Assembly: GCA_964016885.1 (NCBI GenBank)
Contig: OZ024740.1
Coordinates: 186,620,001 to 186,684,000 of the forward strand
Direction: 5' to 3'
Origin: Eledone cirrhosa
Taxonomy: Eukaryota
Length of the DNA: 64,000 nt
Part shown: piece by piece, positions 11,948 through 24,231 of the stretch
Layout of the letters: each line of letters starts with the position of its first letter
How positions within the stretch are numbered: position 1 is the first letter of the stretch
Notes under the pieces: model-generated
Database searches by the model: none
Told to the model about the DNA's origin: nothing
Seen by the model: only the letters and a program-made list of their open reading frames with translations
Made by a program: the position numbers and the translations under genes

Positions 11948-13537
11948 AAAGCATGAATAGCAGCGTTAGTCATGGCAAGATCAGAACTGCAGCGTGATGA
12001 AACAAGTACCACGTGGCATTTAATCTAGCATTCTAATTTATCACCTTAATCATGATTGTTCCAAAGAACAAATAAGGAGAGATGTAACCTTTTCAAGTAT
12101 TGATAAATGAATGTAAAAGCTTAAAAACATAAAAAGACTCTCTCATTACAAAGAGAGACACAACTATGAAATATTGACCTTCAGAACTTCATAAACATTT
12201 AGGATTTAATTTAAATATCTTTGAGGTATTGCACCTTTTCTTCCTGGAATACAAATTATGAGAGAAAGGAAGAAATTCTAGCATTTAAGTTCATTCTATA
12301 AGTAAATGAGTTATTCATTTCAAGTTCATACTCTATTGAAAATTAGAAGAAGGGAGATAAACTTTTACAAACAAGCTGCAGATTGTGGGTAACATGCTTG
12401 GCACTCTACATTGCTATGCAATTTCGAAACCATACAACCAAGAACTGTATGTTTCTCTAGTTATAGCTTTACTACCCAACAAAGAATGTTGATAAAACAG
12501 AATGACCCTTTATTGGCAAGGATTCTATGTGAAAAGAACTTTATTCACTAGAGTAACCTAGCAATGCAACTAATTAAATTACTCTTATGAATTAGCAATG
12601 CAATTTTAAGGGCCTCTGCTGGACTGAATAACGAAAGAATTTAGCATTGATGAATGGCTTAGAACTAATTCCTGGCTGGAAAGGATAAGAATCTTTTAGG
12701 AGATTAATGCTTGGTTTATTTTACTTTGTGAATGCAGTAAAGCATAGCATTGTCACTGACATTCATTTCGAGTTTTTAATCCAGAAAATCTAAAGCCCAA
12801 ATCAGTGATTCAGTAGGGTGTTTTATTGTGATTCTAGTTCTACTAAACTAAACTAAATTGATATTACATAGATCAGCATCCTGTCATCTTTGAAACATCA
12901 ATATGCAACAAAAGTGGTCACTGATAATCTTCAGATTCCACATTGGAATGAATGAATAAATAAATAAATAACTATATAATAAAAAAAAAAAAAATTTACA
13001 TTAAAACCTAATCTTAAATTACACTGCATTTAAATACAAAAACTAAATAAATGAATCAAAGTTAAAATTTGACACAGAAGCAAGCAGAAAAAATAAATCC
13101 TGTTATGTGAAGCCTTTCTTATCTCGTAATAAATACATGAAATTTTTCCCATCATGCTTGGCAGCTAGCTAAAGCTATGACGTCAGTACAGTCTAAAATG
13201 AAAATCAATCAACGAGTGTTATTTTCTTATTTCTTTGGCAAAACACAGTTCAACAAGCTCATTTGTTTCAATTCATATCCTCAGTAGGTCAACCCAGCCG
13301 TAAACAGCCTTAATGCCCTCACCTAGACACTGGCCAATCATTACAGAAGAAATGGTTTTTGGTTTATAATACAGATGATGTGTGTGAGAGAGTGTGTGTA
13401 TGTGTCTGTACGTATGTATGTATATGTGTGTGTATATATGTGTGTATATATATATAAACACTCTTTTATTCCTTTACAAGTTTAAGTGATTGGATTGAGC
13501 CATGCTGGAGCACTACTTTATATATATATATATATAT

Positions 13538-13970
13538 ATGTTATTAAAAATATTAATAAATGAAGACATTCACATAATCAAAATATATGTTTTATTATAT
13601 ATATTTCGAAGGTACTGTTTTTTCAGTACGTCCTCGTCAGATAGAATACGTGAATAGATGTATGACATACCACAACGATCTTGATGGATCAATTCCAGTA
13701 TTGGAAGTCAATACTGGAATTGAACCATCAAGACCATTGAGGTATGTCATACATCAATTCATGTATTTTATCTGACGAGGACGTACTGAAAAAACAGCAC
13801 AGTACCTTCGAAATATATATAATAAAACATATATTTTGATTATGTGAATGTCTTCATTTATTAATATTTTGAATAATATTAATAACTCCAGAAAACTTCT
13901 TGTAGAGTGCTTTTAATCTATTGTAAAACTATATTCATTGAGAAATCAATGAACCATATTAATCTTTGGT
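13538..13970 (+). mobile_element. Penelope-like pLTR relic: about 340-bp palindrome plus unpaired 3' extension
   Basis: Arms 13538-13703 and 13709-13879 are reverse complements; both carry CTGACGA-stem-GAAA; flanked by (TA)n on both sides. Confidence 0.75.
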
Positions 13971-13996
13971 TATATATATACATATATATATATATA

Positions 13997-14162
13997 TTCT
14001 GTTATAATGAAATTCACGGGGTATAAAAAAATTTGTTGTAAAGAAAAATTCTTGATAACAATATCGATCTAACACATCGGAGCGTGCGGCCGGGGATTGA
14101 AAATTATTTTGTTATACTGAAAAACTTGTAATGATATTCGTTATAACGGAATTTTACCTGTA
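13997..14162. mobile_element. Tc1/mariner (pogo/Tigger-type) MITE
   Basis: Right TIR ttcgttataacggaattttacctg|TA; left partial TIR ttctgttataatgaa; internal gttataac-like subterminal repeats. Confidence 0.65.
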
Positions 14163-14573
14163 TATATATATTTGAAATTTTACCTTTTTAGCAGAGAGAA
14201 CAGACATTAAATTGTGATGATGATGATCCTGATGATGCCTATGCATCCCATTCCTCACTCTCTTTTTAGTATGGAGCTAGCACCTGCTTCTACTCCACCA
14301 TTGCCATCTTTTCATTCTCTAGCCTTCCTGATAATATTGCTGTCTCATAATATTGCCACCTTTTACTTTCATACACCAGCCTCTCCTCTTCTTATTCTTT
14401 ATCTTTCCTTTCTCTCATGCTTTTTATCTCTTCCACTATTCTTTTTGTATCCTGTATTAGGTTCCCAACCATAAATATTCACCCTTTATTTTAACAGTGC
14501 TTCAACTGTGACAATCTACCTAATATTTTAATGATGTTCCATATGAGAACATTCAACACACACACAAATATGC

Positions 14574-14608
<35 letters not shown>

Positions 14609-15559
14609 GCATTAAACTGATATATTTCTTCATTGTACTGTGTCATTCGCTTTGTTATTTCTGTATACTTTTTGCATGCACACACACACACACACACACA
14701 CACAGATATGTATGTGTGTGTGTGTGTGTGAGTGAGGTGGGGTAGCTACTGCTTGCTATTCTGCTGCCACCACAGTACTGATTCCATGTGTTTCACTCCT
14801 CTACCTTCTCTTGCTCATATGATTACTATCGTTTACTTCTACTCATCAGCCAGTCTCTCTCTCTTCCATTCTGTATTTGTTTTCCTTTGTTACAAAATTA
14901 TCTCACTCCATATATTTCTGATTCTTTCAGCTTCCCTTATAATTTCCTAACATTTTTATATCATCATACTCAGTACTTGCATTTTCAAATCATTTGTTTT
15001 CTCTTTACCTTGTATTTGCATTTATATTGAAAATTCCATTCCTTCAATTTCTCTTTAACATGAAATTATATTGTGATTAACAAAGTTTCCATCAATAATG
15101 ATTTCTTACATAAGCACAAGGTCAGAAATGTCATGGGAATAAGCAGTCGATTATATCAACCAGTACAGGATTAGTTCCTATTTTATCAATGAGAGGTATC
15201 AATAATACCACAGAAGAGATGACCTACAACTACAAGATTCTCTCCCCATTATTATTTCTACTTAGATTCAGTGCCTATTGTCAATCGTTTTAATTTTTAT
15301 CACACTACTCTCTGGCTGGTACTAAAACCAACCTTTACTGTTACTCACCAGTTTCTCCATTTCTTTCTATTCTATCTTTCCTTTCTATCTTTCTTATTCT
15401 TTTATATCTCATTTTTTCAATTTTACATTTTTTTATGCTCTTTGTTTATATTTTGACATTTTCTGCAATTCAAATTAAATAATCAGTCCTCACAAATTTT
15501 AAATCATACACGTCATTCTTTTACCTTGCAGTTCTATTTCTATTTAAATTTGTGTGTAT

Positions 15560-16642
15560 GTTTCTCTTTCTCTTAATTTTGAGTACATTTTTGAATAGCC
15601 ACCTTCCTGGTGGGAATGTTGTAAAAGTCATCCGATGAATTGCAAGAATGTTTTGTAAATTTTGAAGGTGCCAGCTATCGCAGCCATTTGTAGTCTATGA
15701 ATTAGGGAGCTGCACTCTTTGTCCACAAATCCAAGTTCAGTTATACTTTGGTCCAAGCGGGTTGGTATATAACCTGTAGCTCCAATAATGAAGGGTATGA
15801 AGCAGGTGTATCTTGGATACTGGATCTGCAAACTCCTCATCAATGGTCCATAGATATCCTCCTTCTCTTGTATTTTTCTTACAACAGAGCACGTTTTCAA
15901 TGTGTGGTCCCAAACAACAATATCAAGTCAGTTGAGCTTTAATTTGGTGGCAGTTTTTATTTTCAGGTTCCACCAGTACTCTTTAGTGCTATCTATCTCC
16001 ACATATTCCTCCTCATTTGGTTTTAATTTTGTTTTCCTAAGTGCATTATAGATGGCTCTAGCTATCACATTGTCTCTCATAGGAAGGTAGTAACGAAACA
16101 ACATTCTTTCACAGTTGGCAACAATGTGGCTAACATCTTCGATCTTTGTTTTACATAGCCTACATTTATTGTTGACTGATGGCCCTCCTCTTTTGTGTAG
16201 AAGATATTTGGTAGGGATTTCTTGTTCCTGTATTGCATAGAGATATCTTTCAAGGTGATATGTCATAAACTTGTCGAAAATTCATGCCAGGCTTTTTGAA
16301 TGATTTACCCCCTCTATGGTCTGTGTTTTTCATCTCAATACCCATACACAACTTTCTCTGTAAAATGGTCCTTTTTTTATCTTGTTCGAACATTGAATAG
16401 GATTTTCCAATTTCCCTGGGAGAGAGATTAATATCAAGCCTTATTCCATATCTCTCCTCCAGATCAGTGGTTATCCTAATGATATTATTTCCTTCATGCT
16501 TCCAAACCTGGTCAAGATGGTTACTGACCTTTTTCTTCTATTGAAGATGTTGCTTCAGTATTACTATCTGGATCTAATATGGATTTTCGACCCCGACCAC
16601 CTTCCTTGCATGAGAAGTATAGCCTATCCACATCACCATTGA
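15560..16642 (-). mobile_element. R4/Dong-clade (RLE) non-LTR retrotransposon 3' fragment, degenerate
   Basis: GDVDRLYFSCKEGGRG; AIQEQEIPTK; CRLCKTKIEDVSHIVANC zinc knuckle; WWNLKIKTATK..DIVVWD; EKEDIY; IPFIIGATG. Confidence 0.85.
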
Positions 16643-16919
16643 TGTATGTATGTGTGTATGTATGTACATACATATGTACACATACATGCATGTATGTATG
16701 TGGATATATATGACAGCCCCCTAATGTTGGTGACCAACATGATAAACGCACCCAGTATACGTGTAACAGAAGCTGGGATTGGAAAAGATTTATTTCACTA
16801 ATGCTCATACTATGAACTATTGCTGTACATCTACTACATACAATCTCTACCTTTCTTGAGAGTTTCACTGCTATCCCACTACACCTCTTGTTGACCCAAG
16901 ACTAACATTGTGTATATTA

Positions 16920-17525
16920 TATAATGTTTCTATCTAGTCTTTTTCTACACATCAAGCACTTTCTTGGTGAGAGCAGGGTTATATTTTCTTTCCTACTTTC
17001 TAGCATTTTGGTTTTTGCACATTTACTCACAGCCTTTTTGATGTTAAGTTCTGTTTCCACAGCCAGAATTTCTTCTCATATTCTTCCACAAATTCAGGTA
17101 AAAGAATCAAATCATTAGCATACAGAAGTTCCCATGGAGAGCCAGTTTTAAACTCCTATGTTAACGTCTAAATAAACTGAATTTGGTTGAGGACTGAGTC
17201 CTGATGCATTCCTACCTGTATCTTGAATTCCACACTAAACTCACTTCCTACTCTCACTTTACTGACAGCTCCTCTGTACATTACTTGCACCTCTCACAAA
17301 CTATTTTTCTATGCCAATTTTAATTGAGGACCACCAAGCAACTGATCATAGTATTCAGTCAAAGGCCTTCTTTAGATCAATAAAGATTAAGCAAAACAGT
17401 TTACTCTTAGCTAGAAACTTCTCTTGTAGTTGTCTCACTAAGATGTGGGCAACTGTAGTACTCCTCCTTAGCATAAAATCAAACTGCATCTCACATAATC
17501 TGACTCGTTCCCTAATTAGTTGTAT
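16920..17525 (-). mobile_element. RTE RT fragment, degraded
   Basis: EMQFDFM..LVRQLQEKFLAKSK..FIDLKKAFD; downstream remnant of GMHQDSVL. Confidence 0.8.
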
Positions 17526-17580
17526 GTATGCATATAAAAATAAAATACACATACAAATATATATATATATATATATATAT

Positions 17581-18075
17581 ATTTCGTTTCTGAATTTGTT
17601 TAGCAAGATTCTTTATCTGAAAACGTGTGTTAAAACCGATATTGTTATACTTTGGGAGGGCCATGTTGCCAATAAGAAACACACGCACCAGTTGCTTTCA
17701 CTTCAATTTATTATAAATTAAATTTATAAATTTAGGAATTTATAAATTTCCGGTTGGTTGGTTGGTTCCACAACCAGACGATTGTTCATATATTGTCAAA
17801 GTTCTTTTGTCACACATTCTGTGACCTCTTCAGTGACTGAGGATTCTTTTCTTTGTTTTTGTGCCTCTCCTTTGTTCTGTACTACGCCATCTTGTTTTTG
17901 TGTGTGTTGTGTGCTTAGTTTGCGCATGTGTTACATCCGGGTGTCTGTGTGTGTTTATATTTGTTTATTTACATGTTACTGGTTGGTTGTTTGTTCTATG
18001 TGTGTGTGTGTTTTCATTTTGTCCTTAATTGTAAGTTGTGATGTTGCTATTCCATTCATGCTTTCTATTTAGTTT
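17581..18075 (-). mobile_element. Probable Penelope-like pLTR fragment with minimal hammerhead-like motif
   Basis: Minus strand gtca-CTGAAGA-g-gtcaca/tgtgac-aaaa..tgac at about 17794-17837; bounded by (TA)n on both sides. Confidence 0.55.
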
Positions 18076-18125
<50 letters not shown>

Positions 18126-18129
18126 CAGT

Positions 18130-18342
18130 CAATTGACTTTCGTTACATCAGACCGAGGAAATAACGTTTCCATTGGTTTTTCAAATTGCCAATACTATTT
18201 ATCTGTTGCAACTCCAGGTAGAATGAGCAATGTGAAATAATTTGTCTTGCTCAAGGACATAATGTATCGCCCGGTCCGGGAATCAATCTCACAACCTCAC
18301 AATTGCAAATTCAATTCTCTTACCACTCAGCCACATGCCTTC
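18130..18342 (-). mobile_element. CORE-type SINE with an alternative 3' region (shared with 50005-50195 and 53085-53150)
   Basis: gagcaatgtgaaataatttgtcttgctcaaggac...accactcagccacatgccttc head; shared gacc.aggaaa.aa.gttt..attgg segment. Confidence 0.75.
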
Positions 18343-18581
18343 GCTATATATATACACTATGTACAATACACAAACATATAAGTTCTTTCTTTCCATAACA
18401 AATTGTGTATTTTTATATCTTCCTTTAGTTAATGCCAATAGCAAACAGTAAATATTCTCAAACACAAACATTGTTCACTTCACATATGGAACATATTTAC
18501 CAGTTTTAATTTATAATACCTACCTAACATCAGTTAATTGAGAAACTGCTTGCCTTATCTTTGTCACACTCAACATCAATG

Positions 18582-18582
18582 T

Positions 18583-18656
<74 letters not shown>
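18582..18656. repeat. (TAC)n microsatellite
   Basis: Directly visible. Confidence 0.97.
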
Positions 18657-18941
18657 TTAATTAGCTTCTGATATTAACACTATTATTCCAGCACCCCTTC
18701 CTATTTCTGGTTTCTTGTTCATTACCAAAACTATGTAGGTGGTGCATTATACTGATGCAGAATTATAAGTGCATCAAATGAAATGCATTGCAGTATTTCA
18801 TTACAGCTTTGCCTTTCATCATTCCTGAGTTGAGAATATAATATAGCAGGTAAGCACTGTGGTCGATTTAATAAATTCTCCTCCCCACAAAAATTGAAGG
18901 TCTTGTGCCAAAATTAAAACCGTTATTAGAAACAATTATAA

Positions 18942-19133
18942 GGGCGGTGAATTGGCAGTATCGGTAGAGGGTTGGACGCTATGCTTTCTAGCATAGTTAT
19001 GTTTCTTTACAGTCTGAGTTCAAATCCCGTCGAGGTTAACTTTGCCTTTCATCCTTACGGGGTTGATAAATTAAAGTACCAGTAATGTATTGGGTTATTG
19101 CTGGCCTTGTGCCAAAATTAGAAACAATTATTA
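18942..19133 (+). mobile_element. Meta-domain-like SINE, full length (older degraded copy just upstream, about 18800-18935)
   Basis: gggcggtgaattggcagtatcggtagag..gagttcaaatcc..gcctttcatccttacggggttgataaattaaagtaccag..gaaacaattatta. Confidence 0.88.
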
Positions 19134-19426
19134 CCAATACTGTCATCACCACTACTGCTGTAGCACTTGGTATTATTGCTAGCTATTACAATTAATGCAA
19201 CTATTAAAACAACTACAAGAACTGCTACTTCTATTATTACCATGTATGTTTATATCATTATTAATATGACAACTGTAACAATATTACACCACCTCCGTAC
19301 CACTACAAATCTCATTATCATAGCACTATTTAGGCTGCTAGCATGCTACTATGAATTCCACTACTATATCACTAAAGGTAAAGACCCTCTTTGGTCACAA
19401 ATGACCATGGGCTTTGTACCTAGAAA

Positions 19427-20769
19427 CAGGGTTGGATTTAGACCTTGTGGGGCTTGGGGCACTTCAGGTTTGGAGGCCCATTATACACAAAAAATTAGAA
19501 TATTCAGCACCCTCCCCCCAATTTTACATATCAAAGTTAGCTTGGTGCAAGTGATTGGAATTGAAAATTTATACATACATGTATTAAATTCAAAAAGTCT
19601 AACCATCATCATCATCATCATTTTATGTCCACTTTCCCTGCTTGCAAGAGTGGGACGGGTGCTATTCAGCATCTCTCCACTTGTCACGGTCCTTCGTCAT
19701 CTCCTCCGTGAGATTCAGTGATCTGCAGTCAGCTCTCACCAACTCCGCTCATGATTTTCATGGTCTTCCTCTACTGCGTCTTCCTTCTACTGGTATTTCT
19801 TGGCACTTCTTTACCCAGTGATCATCCTCCATGTGCATCACATGTCCACACCAACGCTGTCTTCTCTCCTGCATACTACAGCTTATCCCTCTTATATACA
19901 ATTTCTCTCTCAACTCATCTATGCTTGGTCATTCACACACATTGACATTGCACATCCAATGGAGCATGCTTGCTTCATTTCTCTCCAGCCGTTGCATATC
20001 CTCCGTAGTTGCTGCCCATGTCTCACTACCACGCAGCATCACACATCTCACACAAGCATCATATAACCATCCTTTCTTTCATAGGGAGAAACCCTTCTTT
20101 GTCAACAGAGGAAGCAGCTCCCTAAACTTCTTCCAACCCATCCTTATTCTAGATACTATGGCCTCGGAGCACCCTCCTCCCTTGCTAATCTGATCACCTA
20201 GGTATCGGAAGCTATCAACCACCTCTATAGATCCTACCTGCATTTGAAACATGTGTCTATCACTGCGACTTCTACTGTCAAATTTCCCTGTACATCTCTT
20301 GTGTACCCAAGATCTACATTATGTACATTTTATAGAATTTATGCCACCTCCATTTCTACATATCAAACATAGCCATTTTTCTGATGGAATCAGAGTTTTG
20401 TCCTCTTTTCTACTTATCAACACTTTAGTCTTAGCTAGGTTCACTCTCAGTCCTCTTGATTCCAACTGCTGTTTCTATAGCCAGAATTTATTCTGTAGCT
20501 CCTCTATTGATTCTGCTATAAGTATCAGATCATCAGCATAGAGAAGTTCCCATGGGCAGCCAGTCTTATCTCCTCTGTTATGGCTTGGGGAACTATAATG
20601 AACAAGAGCGGGCTGAGGACTGAACCCTGATGTACTCCTACTTGTATCTGGAATTCCTCACTAAACTCCATTCCTACTCTCACTTTACTGACAGCACCCC
20701 TGTATACAGCTTGCACTGAAAAGCCCAGCTGAGGGCACAAATAAACTGCAAGCCCCTCCATTAAATCTG
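19427..20769. mobile_element. hAT-type MITE, interrupted by an RTE fragment and inserted into a CORE SINE
   Basis: 8-bp TSD cctagaaa (19419-26) / tctagaaa (20770-77); ends cagggttggattta ... taaatctg. Confidence 0.6.
19604..20717 (-). mobile_element. RTE LINE 3' portion (RT to tail), degenerate
   Basis: VGVHQGSVLSPLLFII, ELLYADDL, FRYLGD, (TGA)n tail; homologous to 24232-26740. Confidence 0.9.
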
Positions 20770-21040
20770 TCTAGAAAGTTCCCCTCAAAGGCACAAGTCT
20801 GAGCCAGGTTGTTTGTGAAAGACCAGCAATCACCCATGCATACTAGTCTCCCCTCTGTATGCCACTGATGTTGTCCAATACAGCTTACCACCAGTGACAT
20901 TGAAACTCATTTCTATAACTGAGTAAGCTGGAACAATGTGAAATAAAGTGTTTTGCTCAAGGACATAATGTATCACACAGGCTAGAAATCAAACTCACAG
21001 CCTCATGATTGCAAGCTCAATCCTCTAACCACAGCCATAC
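20770..21040 (-). mobile_element. CORE-type SINE (resembles octopus OR-type SINEs); its 3' end lies at 19373-19426
   Basis: ctggaacaatgtgaaataaagtgttttgctcaagga CORE; tRNA-like head ..ctctaaccacagccat; tail aaaggtaaagaccc..atgaccatggg split off by the MITE insertion. Confidence 0.75.
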
Positions 21041-21290
21041 AAATTGCACTACTATATCACTATCAATACCTTAATTATATCACTAACATGCCATGGCTAG
21101 ACCACTATCAATACCGCTACCATTGGAACTATCATTAATCTCAAAATTGTTTTACACTAAGTTTGACAGTTTAAAACCACTTTGACCTAAACCAAACTAA
21201 TATTTAATAGTTGATTAATAATCTGGAAACAGCCAGATTGCAGGACACGGTTATTATTAATTATTTCTTAGAGAGGAGATACACACAACT

Positions 21291-21291
21291 G

Positions 21292-21380
<89 letters not shown>

Positions 21381-21532
21381 TGTGGTGGTGGTGGTGGTGG
21401 TGGTGGTGGTGGTGGTGGTAGTAGTAGTAGTATATTAGTAGTAGTATTAGCAGCAGTAGTAGTAGTAGTAGTGGTGGTGGTGGTGGTGAGAACAACAACA
21501 GGAGCACCAGTAGTAGTAGTAGTAGTAGTAGT
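21291..21532. repeat. (GTA)n/(GTG)n compound trinucleotide repeat
   Basis: Directly visible. Confidence 0.97.
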
Positions 21533-23173
21533 CATTATAACTACAATGATTGGTGAAAGTGAATTAGAAGGAGAAACGAAAGAGTCAACATTTCTTCTTA
21601 GGCAGACCAATTTCCCAATGATTAGAATGTATGTCATATTTGGAATTGACGGTTGGAGGTGTTGGTTGGTAGGTGTCAATATTCAGCTATACAGCATAGC
21701 ATTACATACACACACACATATCCTGCATGTGAATATACATATAAATCTTATGTGTAAATATCTCAACAAATGCACACGTACTTACTGTAAATATACATAA
21801 AAATTCTGCCAGAGCTTGTGACTTTGATGTTATTGTGATCACAAGATTGCAGCTTCTGTATTCCCTTGCTCTATAATTAAGTATTATAACTGACCAGTTA
21901 GCCATCACAGAACTCGGGATGGTTGTTAGCTTTACCATTGATTTCACATTTTGATTTACTACTGTTCCTTGTCCGTTCCTTACATAGCAGTTTTATTTAC
22001 CCCACCCCTTTATATATATCATCAGTTCATTAGCAAGAAGTAAGAGCAAATTCAATACTTCACACACACACAAATATATATATATATATATATATATATT
22101 CCCCACAAAATCAATCTTGGGCTAGCCAAGTAGTAGTTTTTAAATACACATGGTTGCAAAATGAATTTAAATAGGCTATAAAATGCAAGCAAGTGTCTGA
22201 ATCTTGCTCATAACACAACATTTTCTCTACTTCAGAATTTAAAAGGTGTCAATGATATTTTACGAGATTTCAAATTCAAACATGATGCTAAATTTGTTTG
22301 GCTCACTAGACAATAGCTTCTTTTATTTTGTATGAGAAACTTCTGCTTTATTGTCTAATAGAAATCCCCACTTGCAAAATTTGAAACATTGCTTAGAAAA
22401 TGAATATGTAAGCCACAATTTCTGTATATATGTATCAGGTGTCTGTGTATATGTCTGCCTTGTATCAGAAATCAGAATATGAAAACCCTCAAAACCATAT
22501 ATATTTTATTTAATCATTTATTTAATCAATTTTAACGTCCTTATAGAGCTAGTAAGACATGACAGACTAGGAGACGTATTTGTACTTCTTACAGCTGAGA
22601 ACAACAACAAAAAAAGATATACAGAGATAAGTGAATATAAAAATAAAAATAAAATTTATAAAATAATGAAATAAAATAAAAAATCTAAATAGGTAAGGCT
22701 AACTAGAGGCAAAATAAGCATTAAAAAATAAAGAAAAAATGGGAGGTATGGGAAGCTGTTGCCATCCCTGGATAGGTAATAGAAAAAATTATTTTATTGT
22801 TTAAAGTAGCCAATTCATGCAATTATTAAAATTCTATTGTTTATTTAAAAGGCTGGCCATTTTGTCTCTAGAAATAAAAATGAAGAAGTAAATGCAGGTA
22901 CATATGTAGAACCAGACACACAAACACTAGACAAGTACATATATAAAAACAGACATACAGACACACAAAGACTAGACAGGTACATATATAAAGACAGACA
23001 CAGAAATACTAGACAGATACATATATTAAGACAGACACACAAACACTAGACAGATACATATATAAAAAAAAAAAAACACATTAAACACACACACACATCA
23101 AATGCAGATGACATGGTCATGAATCAGGAAGAGAATAATGAAAGTTAATGAAAAAGAGACCATTATTACAAGA

Positions 23174-23571
23174 GGGTGGTTGATTGGCAGTATCGGTAGA
23201 GGGTCGGACGCCATGCTTTCCAGCATAGTTACGTCCCTTTACGATCTGAGTTCAAATCCCGCCGAGGTTGACTTTACCTTTCATCCTTACGGGGTCGATA
23301 AAATAAAGTACCACTAATGCACTGGATAATTGCTGGCCTTGTGCCTAAAAGTAGAAACAATTATTACAAGAATTGATTGGCAGTGGATTGGCAGTATCGG
23401 TAGCGGGTTGGACGCCATGCTCTCATGCATAGAGTTACGGCTCTTGCTATTCTGAGTTCAAATCCCGCCGAGGTTAACTTTGCCTTTCATCCTTATGGGG
23501 TCGATAAAATAAAGTACCAGTAATACACTGGGATATATGCTGGCCTTGTGCCAAAAGTAGAAACAATTATT
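23174..23571 (+). mobile_element. Two tandem Meta-domain-like SINEs (23174-23365 and 23378-23571)
   Basis: Two full copies; TSDs attattacaaga and attattacaagaattgat. Confidence 0.9.
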
Positions 23572-23629
23572 ACAAGAATTGATAAACATGTGAGTGAGTG
23601 TATGTGTCTTTATATTTATATACATGTGG

Positions 23630-23672
<43 letters not shown>

Positions 23673-23857
23673 ATTCAATAAAAGTTGTTTTGGTAAAAAA
23701 CCGGAGTAAGCAGGAGAAAGCTCTCTACACTTGTAATGTGTAGTTACGATGGAGATTCAGTATAAGAATAAAATTAAAAAAGGTGCTGATTTTATAATAA
23801 TTTCAATGGTTTCCTTATGCAATCCAAGATGTAATGTATATATCTACATATATACAC

Positions 23858-23928
<71 letters not shown>

Positions 23929-24159
23929 TAAATTAGCGAGAATTGAATTTCAGCTCAGGAATAAACGAAAAACACTTCCGAGTTGTGTGGCAAATGCTCG
24001 ATAATTCATATGAATTAGAGCTACAACATACGTTAAAGGCCAAACACACTGAGATGGTGGTTAAACCAATCATCCGCACAGCCAAAAAAACGATCAAGCA
24101 ATTCGAGTCAAACAAATAAAAATATATGCGATTGAAAATTTATGTGATTGAAAATTTAC

Positions 24160-24205
<46 letters not shown>

Positions 24206-24231
24206 TATAAATATGTATATACATATATTTT

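Noticed and set aside
23162-23583. CRISPR-like repeat-spacer pattern
   Set aside because: The repeats are TSDs and the 'spacers' are homologous SINE copies; eukaryotic context with no cas genes.
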